NCBI GenBank assembly: GCA_965223855.1
Contig: CBDCXM010000009.1
Span: 1 to 64,000, forward strand
DNA: 64,000 bases
Source of the DNA: Candidatus Multivoradales bacterium
GTDB lineage: Bacteria > Acidobacteriota > Thermoanaerobaculia > Multivoradales > JAHEKO01
Direction of reading: 5' to 3'
Shown: piece by piece, positions 46,705 to 57,137 of the stretch
Layout of the letters: each line of letters starts with the position of its first letter
Numbering within the stretch: position 1 is the first letter of the stretch
Made by a program: the position numbers and the translations under genes
The notes under the pieces: generated by a model
Databases searched by the model: none
What the model was told of the DNA's origin: nothing
Seen by the model: the letters and a program-made list of their open reading frames with translations, nothing else

Positions 46705-48082
46705 TCTCAATCCCGAGAGCCGCATGGGCAAGCCGCCGGTGGTCGCCGAAGGGCACACACCGGCGTCGGTCACCGACCAGATCAGCTCGATCGTCCTCGA
46801 GAAGACGCCGCGCTGGTGGTGGCTCGCCTTCGGCGCCTCGTTCGCCGTCATGCAGCTGCTGCTGCTCGGCCTCGTGGTGCTGGTGTTCAAGGGAGTCGGC
46901 ATCTGGGGAGTCAACAACCCGGTCGGCTGGGGCTTCGCGATCATCAACTTCGTCTGGTGGATCGGCATCGGCCACGCCGGGACGCTGATCTCGGCGATCC
47001 TGCTGCTGCTGCGCCAGGAGTGGCGAACCTCGATCAACCGTTTCGCCGAAGCGATGACGCTCTTTGCGGTCGCCTGTGCCGGCGTCTTCCCGCTGGTGCA
47101 CGTCGGCCGCCCGTGGCTCGCCTACTGGCTGCTGCCCTACCCGAACACCATGGCCCTGTGGCCGAACTTCCGCTCGCCGCTGATCTGGGACGTGTTCGCG
47201 GTGACGACCTACGCCACCGTGTCGGCGCTCTTCTGGTACGTCGGCCTGATCCCCGATCTCGGGACGCTGAGGGATCGCTCCAAGCGCCGCTGGAAGAAGA
47301 TCGTCTACGGCTTCGCCTCGATGGGCTGGCGCGGACACGCCGAGCACTGGCACAACTACGAGGTCGCCTACCTGCTGCTGGCCGGTCTGGCGACCCCACT
47401 GGTGGTCTCGGTGCACACGGTGGTGTCGTTCGACTTCGCCGTCGGGCAGATCCCCGGCTGGCACGCGACGATCTTCCCGCCCTACTTCGTCGCCGGCGCG
47501 GTGTTCGCCGGCTTCGCCATGGTGCTGACCCTGGCGATCCCGTTGCGCGAGGTCTTCGGCCTCAAGGACTTCATCACCATGCGCCACATCCAGAACATGG
47601 CGAAGGTGATGCTCACGACCGGTCTGATCGTCGGCTACGGCTACCTGGTCGAGATCTTCATGGCCTTCTACAGCGGCAATCAGTACGAGGAGTTCATGAT
47701 CCTCAACCGCATCCAGGGGCCGTACAAGATCCACTGGTGGGCTCTGCTTTTGTGCAACGTGCTGGCGCCGCAGCTGATCTGGTTGCGCAAGGTGCGCAAC
47801 TCGCCGTGGCTGGTCTTCCTGGTGGCGATGTTCGTCAACGTCGGCATGTGGCTCGAGCGCTTCGTCATCGTCGTCACCAGCCTGTCGCGCGACTTCCTGC
47901 CGTCATCGTGGGGCACCTACTCCGGCACCCGCTGGGACTGGGCGATCTACGTCGGCACGATCGGCCTCTTCTTCTCGCTGCTGTTCCTCTTCGTCCGCTT
48001 CCTGCCGATGATCTCGATCTTCGAGATGCGAACGATCCTCCCTGAGGCGAAGGAAGTGCAGAAGAAGGGAGGGGGTCACTGA
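46697..48082 (+). CDS. actC: Alternative complex III NrfD-like quinol-binding subunit
   Basis: [31 protein letters not shown]. Confidence 0.94.
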   Translation: MADLNPESRMGKPPVVAEGHTPASVTDQISSIVLEKTPRWWWLAFGASFAVMQLLLLGLVVLVFKGVGIWGVNNPVGWGFAIINFVWWIGIGHAGTLISAILLLLRQEWRTSINRFAEAMTLFAVACAGVFPLVHVGRPWLAYWLLPYPNTMALWPNFRSPLIWDVFAVTTYATVSALFWYVGLIPDLGTLRDRSKRRWKKIVYGFASMGWRGHAEHWHNYEVAYLLLAGLATPLVVSVHTVVSFDFAVGQIPGWHATIFPPYFVAGAVFAGFAMVLTLAIPLREVFGLKDFITMRHIQNMAKVMLTTGLIVGYGYLVEIFMAFYSGNQYEEFMILNRIQGPYKIHWWALLLCNVLAPQLIWLRKVRNSPWLVFLVAMFVNVGMWLERFVIVVTSLSRDFLPSSWGTYSGTRWDWAIYVGTIGLFFSLLFLFVRFLPMISIFEMRTILPEAKEVQKKGGGH

Positions 48083-48636
48083 TGGCACGCTTCCGGACCG
48101 CCGAGGGCGAGAACCTCTACGGGCTGATGGCCGAGTACGACTCGCCCGAGAAGCTGATCGACGCCTGCCACGCGGCGCGCAAGGCGGGCTTCAAGCGGCT
48201 CGGCGCCTACACCCCCTATCCGATCGAAGAGGTGTGGGAGGCGATCGGCCACCACAAGTCGAAGCTGCCGCTGATCGTTCTGATCGGGGGGCTTGTCGGG
48301 GCCATCGGCGGCTTCATGCTCCAGTACTGGACCTCGGTCGAGGCCTACCCGATGAACATCGGTGGCCGGCCGTTCAACTCATGGGTCGCCTTCATCATCC
48401 CGGCGTTCGAGACCACGATCCTGTGCGCCGCGTTCGCCGCGGTGCTCGGGATGTTCGCGCTCAACGGGCTGCCGCAGCCCTACCACCCCGCCTTCAACGT
48501 CGAGCGCTTTGCCGAGGCGTCGCGCGACCGCTACTTCCTGCTCATCACGACCAAGGATCCGGACTTCGACCCCGCGCGCGCGCGCGAGGTGCTCGAGGGG
48601 ACGGAGCCTACGGAGGTGAACGAAGTTGAGGAGTAG
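48082..48636 (+). CDS. actD: Alternative complex III subunit D (DUF3341)
   Basis: YTPYPI, YPMNIGGRP, PAFETTIL. Confidence 0.92.
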   Translation: MARFRTAEGENLYGLMAEYDSPEKLIDACHAARKAGFKRLGAYTPYPIEEVWEAIGHHKSKLPLIVLIGGLVGAIGGFMLQYWTSVEAYPMNIGGRPFNSWVAFIIPAFETTILCAAFAAVLGMFALNGLPQPYHPAFNVERFAEASRDRYFLLITTKDPDFDPARAREVLEGTEPTEVNEVEE

Positions 48637-49228
48637 GGAGTTCGGAGGCGGGAGGCTCAGGAGCGAGGCTGCGCTGGCGCTCGTGGCGCTTTTCGCCCTC
48701 GTCGGCTGCCGGCAGGACATGCACGACCAGCCGCGACTCGAGCCGTACGAGGTGAGCGACTTCTTCGCCGACGGTGTCGGTGCGCGGCTTCCCGTCGAGG
48801 GGACCGTCGCCCGCGGCTGGCTGCGCGAAGACGACCACCTCTACCGCGGCATCGGCGACGACGGCAGCTTCGCCACCGAGGCTCCGATGGCCGTCGATCG
48901 GGCACTCCTCGAACGCGGCCGCGAGCGCTACGACATCTTCTGCTCGCCGTGCCACGGTCGGGTCGGCGACGGCCGCGGCATGATCGTCCAGCGCGGCTTC
49001 AAACAGCCGAACTCGTTCCACGACGAAAGGCTCCGCTCGATGCCGATCGGCTACTTCTTCGACGTCCAGACGAACGGCTTCGGCGAGATGTCGAGTTACT
49101 CCGCCCAGGTACCGGTCGCCGACCGCTGGGCGATCGCCGCCTACGTCCACGCGCTGCAGCTGAGCCAGAACGTCGCCGCCGTCGATCTGTCGGCCGCCGA
49201 CCGCGAGGCGCTGGAGGAGTCGCGATGA
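48626..49228 (+). CDS. actE: Alternative complex III monoheme cytochrome c lipoprotein
   Basis: LVGC-RQDMHDQP, CSPCH, DRWAI; start uncertain. Confidence 0.9.
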   Translation: MRSREFGGGRLRSEAALALVALFALVGCRQDMHDQPRLEPYEVSDFFADGVGARLPVEGTVARGWLREDDHLYRGIGDDGSFATEAPMAVDRALLERGRERYDIFCSPCHGRVGDGRGMIVQRGFKQPNSFHDERLRSMPIGYFFDVQTNGFGEMSSYSAQVPVADRWAIAAYVHALQLSQNVAAVDLSAADREALEESR

Positions 49229-50406
49229 GTCACGAATTCGCGCCGCCTACCCGCGACCTCAAGGGCCTCGAGCGCAAGGCGTGGATCGTCGGCCTCGCCG
49301 CTTCGGCGGCGACGGTGCTGGGACTCTTTGTCGATCGCACCCAGTTCTTCCGCTCCTACCACGTCGCCTGGCTCTTCTGGCTCGGCCTGGCGCTCGGCTG
49401 CTTCGCCGTCGCCCTGCTCCACCAGCTGACCCGCGGCGCCTGGGGACTGATGATCCGCCGCGTCCTCGGCGCAGCGACCCGCACCCTCCCCTGGCTGCTG
49501 CTCGGCTTCGCGCCGATCATTTTCGGGATGGAGGAGATCTTCTCGTGGGCGCGGCCCGAGGCGGTCAACGACCCGCTGGTGCAGCACAAGGCCTGGTGGC
49601 TCAACGAACGCGGCTTCATCGTCCGCGGGGTGATCTACTTCGCCGTCTGGCTGCTGCCCGCCTGGGCGCTCAACCGGATGTCTCTCATCCAGGACGAGCG
49701 GCCGAGCGACAAACTGTTCGGGCGGATGCAGGCGATTGCGGCGCCGGCGCTCGTCGCCTACGTGCTGGTCGCCACGCTCGCCTCGGTCGACTGGCTGATG
49801 TCGCTCGACCCGCACTGGTACTCGAGTCTCTTCGGAGTCGCCTACGTCATCGGCCACGGGGTGGCGGCGTTCGCCTTCGCCATCCTGGTGGCGCTCTACC
49901 TCTCGAACCGGCCGCCGCTCTCCGGCAAGCTCGAACCGAAGCACTTCCACGACTACGGCAAGCTGCTGCTGGCGTTCGTGATGCTGTGGACCTACATGCA
50001 GCTCTCGCAGCTCATCATCATCTGGTCGGGCAACCTGCCGGAAGAGGTGACCTTCTACCTGAACCGCACCGAGGGAGGGTGGAAGTACCTCTCACTCTCC
50101 CTCGTCTTCCTGCACTTCGCGTTGCCGTTCGTACTGCTCCTGTCGCGGGACCTCAAACGCGACGCCCGGAAGCTCGCCCGTGTGGCGATCCTGCTGCTGG
50201 TGATGCGCTGGTTCGACCTCTACTGGCTGGCCGCACCCGCGTGGGGGCACGGTGCCGGGAGTCACGGGCTCCACTTCCACTGGCTCGACGTCACCGCGGT
50301 GGTCGGCCTCGGCGGCCTGTGGCTCGGCCTGTTCTTCCGCGAGCTGGGCAAGCGGCCGATGCTGCCGGCGTTCGAACCGTTCCTCAAGGAGGCGCTCGAT
50401 CGATGA
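49225..50406 (+). CDS. actF: Alternative complex III subunit F
   Basis: DWLMSLDPHWYS, HDYGKLL, IIWSGNLPEE. Confidence 0.92.
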   Translation: MSHEFAPPTRDLKGLERKAWIVGLAASAATVLGLFVDRTQFFRSYHVAWLFWLGLALGCFAVALLHQLTRGAWGLMIRRVLGAATRTLPWLLLGFAPIIFGMEEIFSWARPEAVNDPLVQHKAWWLNERGFIVRGVIYFAVWLLPAWALNRMSLIQDERPSDKLFGRMQAIAAPALVAYVLVATLASVDWLMSLDPHWYSSLFGVAYVIGHGVAAFAFAILVALYLSNRPPLSGKLEPKHFHDYGKLLLAFVMLWTYMQLSQLIIIWSGNLPEEVTFYLNRTEGGWKYLSLSLVFLHFALPFVLLLSRDLKRDARKLARVAILLLVMRWFDLYWLAAPAWGHGAGSHGLHFHWLDVTAVVGLGGLWLGLFFRELGKRPMLPAFEPFLKEALDR

Positions 50407-50795
50407 ACGAGCACCTCGACCGCGAACTCAATCTCAAGGCGATCGTCGGCTTCGCCGTCGGCCTCGTCGTGGTGACCGCCGTGAGTGCGGCGCTGATGTG
50501 GGGGCTCTCCGTCCTCCTGCGCGGCATGGAAGAGGCGAAGGACCCGCCGCCTCCAGCGCTCGCCGCGGCCGCGGAGGCATACCAGCCGCCGGAGCCGCGC
50601 CTCCAGACCGATCCGGAGCTCGAGCTCGTCGAGCTGCGCGCGCGCGAGCAGTCGGTGCTCGACGGCTACGGCTGGGTCGATCGCGACGGTGGCATCGCCC
50701 GAGTGCCGATCGACCGCGCGATCGAGATGATCACCGGTGAGCCGGCAGCGCCCGCCGACCCGAAGGCCGTCGAGGACGAGGGAGGGCACCACTGA
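50403..50795 (+). CDS. ActG-like single-TM protein
   Basis: PPEPRLQ...YGWVD...RVPIDRAI, positioned between actF and SCO. Confidence 0.75.
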   Translation: MNEHLDRELNLKAIVGFAVGLVVVTAVSAALMWGLSVLLRGMEEAKDPPPPALAAAAEAYQPPEPRLQTDPELELVELRAREQSVLDGYGWVDRDGGIARVPIDRAIEMITGEPAAPADPKAVEDEGGHH

Positions 50796-51607
50796 TGCGC
50801 CGCAGCCTCGTCCTCGCCGTCCTGATCGCCGCGCTGCCGTGGACCGCGACCGCCCAGGTCCAGAACAACACCCTGCCGGCCGCGCTCGAAGGGGTCGCGT
50901 TCGAACAACGGCTCGGCGACGGTCTGCCGCTCGACGCAGAGTTCATCGACGCCTCCGGACGGACCGTGGCGCTGGGAGACTACTTCGGCGAGCGTCCGGT
51001 GGTCATCGCGCTCGTCTATTACGAGTGCCCGATGCTGTGCAATCTGGTGCTCAACGGCCTCGTCGCCTCGCTGCGAGCGGTCGACTTCGACCCGGGGAGC
51101 GAGTTCGACGTCATCGCGGTGTCGTTCGACCCGCGGGAGAAGGCGGCACTCGCCGCCTCGAAGAAGGCCAACTACGTCGAGAGCTACGGCCGCGAAGGCA
51201 CCGAAGACGGCTGGCACTTCCTCACCGGCGACGAGGTCTCGATCGCCCGGCTGACCGAAGCGGTCGGCTTCTCCTACCGCTTCGACGACGTGAGCGAGGA
51301 GTTCGCCCATTCCGCCGGCATCGTCGTCGCGACGCCCGACGGCAGGGTGGCGCGCTACTTCTACGGCGTCGAGTATCCGCCCCGCGATCTGAGGCTCGGC
51401 CTCGTCGAGGCTTCCGAGAACACCATCGGATCGTTCGCCGATCAGGTGCTCCTCTACTGCTTCCACTACGACGCGGTCGCCGGCCGCTACAGCTTCGCCA
51501 CCCTGACCGCGGTGCGGATCGGCGGCGTGCTCACCGTCCTCACCCTCCTGACCTTCCTCTTCACGCAGCTCCGCCGCGAGCGCGCAACCATGGCTCCGGG
51601 TCACTAG
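50795..51607 (+). CDS. SCO1/SenC family copper chaperone
   Basis: YYECPMLC, WHFLTG, FAH. Confidence 0.92.
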   Translation: MRRSLVLAVLIAALPWTATAQVQNNTLPAALEGVAFEQRLGDGLPLDAEFIDASGRTVALGDYFGERPVVIALVYYECPMLCNLVLNGLVASLRAVDFDPGSEFDVIAVSFDPREKAALAASKKANYVESYGREGTEDGWHFLTGDEVSIARLTEAVGFSYRFDDVSEEFAHSAGIVVATPDGRVARYFYGVEYPPRDLRLGLVEASENTIGSFADQVLLYCFHYDAVAGRYSFATLTAVRIGGVLTVLTLLTFLFTQLRRERATMAPGH

Positions 51608-51619
51608 CTTCGGTCTGAC

Positions 51620-52617
51620 ATGAAACTCGGCTTCCCCCTCTTCCCCGACAGCGCGTCGACCCTGGCACCCCAGGTCGATGCGATCTACTTCTTCGGGCTG
51701 ACGATCGCGGCGGTGTTCTCGCTGCTGATCGCCGCGGCGATCTTCTACCTCGCCCTGAAGTACCGCCGCTCGCCCGACAACCCTGTCGGCCAGCGCGAGC
51801 GCGCCGGCCTGCTGCTCGAGATCACCTGGTCGGTGATCCCGTTCGCCATCATGCTGGTGATGTTCGGTTGGGGCGCCAAGGTGTTCTTCACCGCGATCCG
51901 ACCGCCCGCCGACGCCACCGAGTACTACGTCACCGGCAAGCAGTGGATGTGGAAGTTCCAGCACCCCGAGGGGCGCCGCGAGATCAACACGCTGCACGTG
52001 CCGGTCGGTCAGCCGATCAAGCTGATCATGACTTCCGAAGACGTCATTCACTCCTTCTTCGTCCCGGCCTTCCGCTCCAAGATGGACGTACTGCCCGGCC
52101 GCTACACGAGCTTCTGGTTCGAGGCGACCGAGCCCGGCACCTACGACCTCTTCTGCGCCGAGTACTGCGGCGCCGAGCACTCCCTGATGGGCGGCTCGAT
52201 CGTCGTCATGGAGCCGGCCGAGTACGAGGCGTGGCTCGCCGACGACAGCGGTGACACACCGCGGCTCGCCTCCGGGGCGGATCTCTTCACCGCCAAGGCG
52301 TGCGGCACCTGCCATCGGCCGGACACCAACCTCCAGGGGCCGGATCTCACCGGCATCTTCGGCACCGAAGTCGCGCTCGCGAACGGCGACACCGTGGAGG
52401 TCGACGAGGACTACCTGCGCGAGTCGATCCTCGAGCCGGCGGAGAAGATCGTGCTGGGCTACCAGCCGCTGATGCCGACCTACAAGGGGCAGCTCAGCGA
52501 GGAAGAGCTGATGCAGCTCATCATCTACATCAAGTCCCTCGCGGACGAGCAGGAGGGTGACGCCCGGGCCGAAAGCGACGACGCCGGCGCCGAGGCGGTC
52601 ACCGACGAGGCGGCACC

Positions 52618-52621
<4 letters not shown>
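51620..52621 (+). CDS. ctaC: Cytochrome caa3 oxidase subunit II with fused cytochrome c
   Basis: [28 protein letters not shown]. Confidence 0.95.
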
Positions 52622-54263
<1,642 letters not shown>

Positions 54264-54267
<4 letters not shown>

Positions 54268-54947
54268 GCGTCGCGGCGCAAGGGAAGGCAGGCGGCAAGA
54301 AGAGCCGTGCGTGGGGGCTCGCCCACCACTTCGAGAGCTTCGCCCAGCAGCAGGAGGCGTCGTTCTTCGGCATGTGGCTGTTCCTGGTGCAGGAGATCCT
54401 CTTCTTCGGCGGCCTCTTCACCGCCTACATCGTCTACCGCACCTCGCACCCGGAGGCGTTCGCCCTCGGCAGCCACGAGCTCGACATCCAGCTCGGCGCG
54501 ATCAACACCGCGGTGCTGATCGGCTCGTCGCTCACGATGGCGCTCGCGGTGTGGGCGGCGCAGGTGGGGAAGAACAAGGCGATCGTCCTCTTCATCATCC
54601 TCACCATCCTGCTCGGCGGGGTGTTCCTCGGCATCAAGACCGTGGAGTACAGCCACAAGTGGCACGAGCACCACGTCCCCGGACCCAACTTCGAGTGGGA
54701 CGGCCCGGAAGCGCCTAACGTCCACATGTTCTTCAACCTCTACTTCGCGATGACGGGGCTCCACGCCCTCCACATGGTCGTCGGCATGGTGATTCTCGTC
54801 GTCATCGCGATCTGGGCGTGGCGCGGAGCGTTCACCCCCGAGAACCACAACCTGGTCGAGGGGATGGGGCTCTACTGGCACTTCGTCGACATCGTGTGGA
54901 TCTTCCTCTTCCCGCTGCTCTACCTGCTGGGAAGGAGCGGCGCATGA
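54264..54947 (+). CDS. ctaE: Cytochrome c oxidase subunit III
   Basis: [25 protein letters not shown]. Confidence 0.93.
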
Positions 54948-55243
54948 GCGGCCACGGCGACCACCACGTCACCGGCATCGGCGCCTACGTCGGCGTCTTC
55001 CTCGCCCTGATGGTGCTGACCGCGGTCACCGTATGGGTCGCGTTCCTCGATCTCGGCCCGCTCAACGACCTCGTCGCCATGGCGATCGCCTTCACCAAGG
55101 CGACGCTGGTGGTGCTGATCTTCATGCACGTGCTGCATGCCAGCCGGGTGACCAAGATCACCGTCGTCGCCGGCTTCCTGTGGCTGGCGATCCTCTTCGG
55201 CATCACGCTGACCGACTACTTCAGCCGCGGCTTCCTGCAGTAG
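54944..55243 (+). CDS. ctaF: Cytochrome caa3 oxidase subunit IV
   Basis: YVGVFLALMVLT, KATLVVLIFMH, DYFSR. Confidence 0.88.
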   Translation: MSGHGDHHVTGIGAYVGVFLALMVLTAVTVWVAFLDLGPLNDLVAMAIAFTKATLVVLIFMHVLHASRVTKITVVAGFLWLAILFGITLTDYFSRGFLQ

Positions 55244-55244
55244 C

Positions 55245-55314
55245 TGTCGTCCCTCGGGTTGCCGCGTCATCCGTGTCGTCCCTCGGGTTGCCCTCCGGCA
55301 ACCCGTCGGGGGAC
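55245..55314. repeat. 19-bp direct repeat plus hairpin between convergent genes
   Basis: TGTCGTCCCTCGGGTTGCC at 55245 and 55274; CGGGTTGCC-ctcc-GGCAACCCG stem. Confidence 0.6.
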
Positions 55315-55334
55315 TGAGCCGACGCCGAGCTTCC

Positions 55335-55745
55335 CTACTGTCGGAGCAGTTCGACCAGCTCGGCGAGTTCGTGAGTCCAGCCGTCGACGTTCGACTGCCG
55401 GTCCTGCGGCCGCTCGAAGCCCGATTCGCGCAACTCGAGCACTGTGCCGCCGCCCGGGCGCTCACTCAGCCTGAACTCGACGAGCGTCGACGGCCCGTCG
55501 CCGACCGGAGTGTCCGCCTCACGCGACCAGCGCCACGCGACGTAGCGAGGCGGCTCGAACGCCTCGACCCTCACGGCGTAGCGCCCGTGCTCGGCCCAAA
55601 CGAACTCCCCGCTCACCCCTTCCCCCATGTCGAACGCCGCCGTGTCCGGAAACCAGCTCGCCAGCTCCCTCCCATCCGTCAACGCCCTCCACACCCGCTC
55701 CACCGAAGCATCGAACTCCATCCGCCTCTCGATCGCCGGCGTCAT
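55335..55745 (-). CDS. SRPBCC (AHSA1/START-like) domain protein
   Basis: VERVWRALTD, LASWF, TLVEFRL, ESGF, GW. Confidence 0.88.
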   Translation of the reverse strand: MTPAIERRMEFDASVERVWRALTDGRELASWFPDTAAFDMGEGVSGEFVWAEHGRYAVRVEAFEPPRYVAWRWSREADTPVGDGPSTLVEFRLSERPGGGTVLELRESGFERPQDRQSNVDGWTHELAELVELLRQ

Positions 55746-56056
55746 CCGTCCGTCTCCTCTCCGAGATGCCGCCTGAGCCTCTCCAGCCGTCGATCCCACG
55801 CCGCCGCATAAGGCTCGAGCCACTCCTCCACCACCTGCAGCGGCCGCGCCTCCAGCCGGTGCAGCTTCTCCCTTCCCCGCCACTCCACCGTCACCAGCCC
55901 GGCCGCCTCGAGCACCGAAAGATGCCGCGTCACCGCCTGGCGACTCATCGGAATCGGCTCGGCAAGCTCATGGAGTGTCAGCGGTTCCTCCTCTCGAAGG
56001 CGAGCCATGAGAGCTCTGCGAGTGGGTTCCGCCAAAGCCTGGAAGATCGCTTCCAC
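55742..56056 (-). CDS. ArsR/SmtB family transcriptional regulator
   Basis: FQALAEPTRR, SRQAVTRHLSVLEAAGLV; GTG start inferred. Confidence 0.9.
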   Translation of the reverse strand: MEAIFQALAEPTRRALMARLREEEPLTLHELAEPIPMSRQAVTRHLSVLEAAGLVTVEWRGREKLHRLEARPLQVVEEWLEPYAAAWDRRLERLRRHLGEETDG

Positions 56057-56064
56057 TGCAGGCG

Positions 56065-56094
56065 AGGATATGCAACCTATGTGTTGCATGTCAA
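56065..56094 (-). promoter_or_regulatory. Sigma70 promoter TTGACA-N18-TATCCT overlapped by palindromic operator ATGCAAC-N6-GTTGCAT
   Basis: -35 at 56094-56089, -10 at 56070-56065, palindrome at 56070-56089. Confidence 0.7.
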
Positions 56095-56104
56095 TCCCAC
56101 CCTC

Positions 56105-56320
56105 GACCCGGCCCGCGCTCGAGGAGCCGATCAGGCCCGCAACGAGAGTCCCGCGGCGTCAGGTCCTTGTTGCCAGGGGGCTCGAGCCGAGGGCCGAAAG
56201 CCGCCCGCACCACCTCGGTGGCCGTCGCCCGACGGCGAGAGAGCGCGCGCTGAAGGTCGTCCCACCGAGTACGCGCGACGTCCCCCTGGCGTCAGCGATC
56301 TGACGGAGGGAGGCCGGGTC
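56105..56320. other. Nested inverted-repeat intergenic element (candidate structured RNA or MITE)
   Basis: Four co-linear nested stems of 9, 9, 9 and 8 bp. Confidence 0.45.
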
Positions 56321-56334
56321 CTACCACCAACGAG

Positions 56335-56946
56335 TCAGGCGCGGTTGCGGTAGAGGTCCGGATCAACGATCGAGGCCATCGCCCGAACATCCAGATCCCG
56401 CCCGACGAACTCCGCCAGCTTCCTGGCGTGCCCCTCCGGATCCGCGATCACTTCGCGATACGGGAAGAAGAGCACCTCCATGTGCGGCGAGTGCTTCAGG
56501 TGGTAGTTCGCCTTCCACAGATCCGCCTCGAAGAACTCCTTCATCGAGGCGTCGTCGCTCCCCGACTCTTCGCCCCGCCGCTCCAGCATCTTCGCCTGCG
56601 ACGCCAACACCTCGTCGATCTCGCGCCGCATGAAGACCACCTTGTAGTTGTGGTTCGACGGGAGATGCCGCAGGAGATAGGAGATGATCTTGATCGCCTT
56701 GCCTCGCCCCTCGCGGAGCCACTCCTTGTCGACCTCCTTCGCGAGATCGAGCACCCGGTCGTCCTCGTAGTACCCCTTCGGATTGTCCTCGTCCGCGGTG
56801 CGATTGCCGTCGGTGACGGGGGTCATCCCACCCGCCTCGAGCATCTTCATCGCCATCGACGTGCCAGAGCGCGGCAGCCCGGAGACGACGACGATCGGCT
56901 CGCCGTAGAGACGGCGACGGAACCACTTTGCGAGCTTGCTCGGCAC
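56335..56946 (-). CDS. Sulfotransferase-family (PAPS-binding P-loop) protein
   Basis: SGLPRSGTSM, DNPKGYYE, FMRR...VLASQ; start inferred. Confidence 0.82.
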   Translation of the reverse strand: MPSKLAKWFRRRLYGEPIVVVSGLPRSGTSMAMKMLEAGGMTPVTDGNRTADEDNPKGYYEDDRVLDLAKEVDKEWLREGRGKAIKIISYLLRHLPSNHNYKVVFMRREIDEVLASQAKMLERRGEESGSDDASMKEFFEADLWKANYHLKHSPHMEVLFFPYREVIADPEGHARKLAEFVGRDLDVRAMASIVDPDLYRNRA

Positions 56947-57137
56947 GTTGGAGAACCTCTCGGTAGGGGATGTGCGGGGATGGACGCGCCCGATGATGGG
57001 GCGGCTTTGGACGCGGCGATAGGATAGTATGCAGCGCGTTCGGGAGCCAGTCCCACGCCGCGCCGGCATGGGGCCTCGCAGCCCGAAACCACTCCGGCAC
57101 TGCCCCTCACTACCCCAGCAGACAGCCAATCCTCTTC

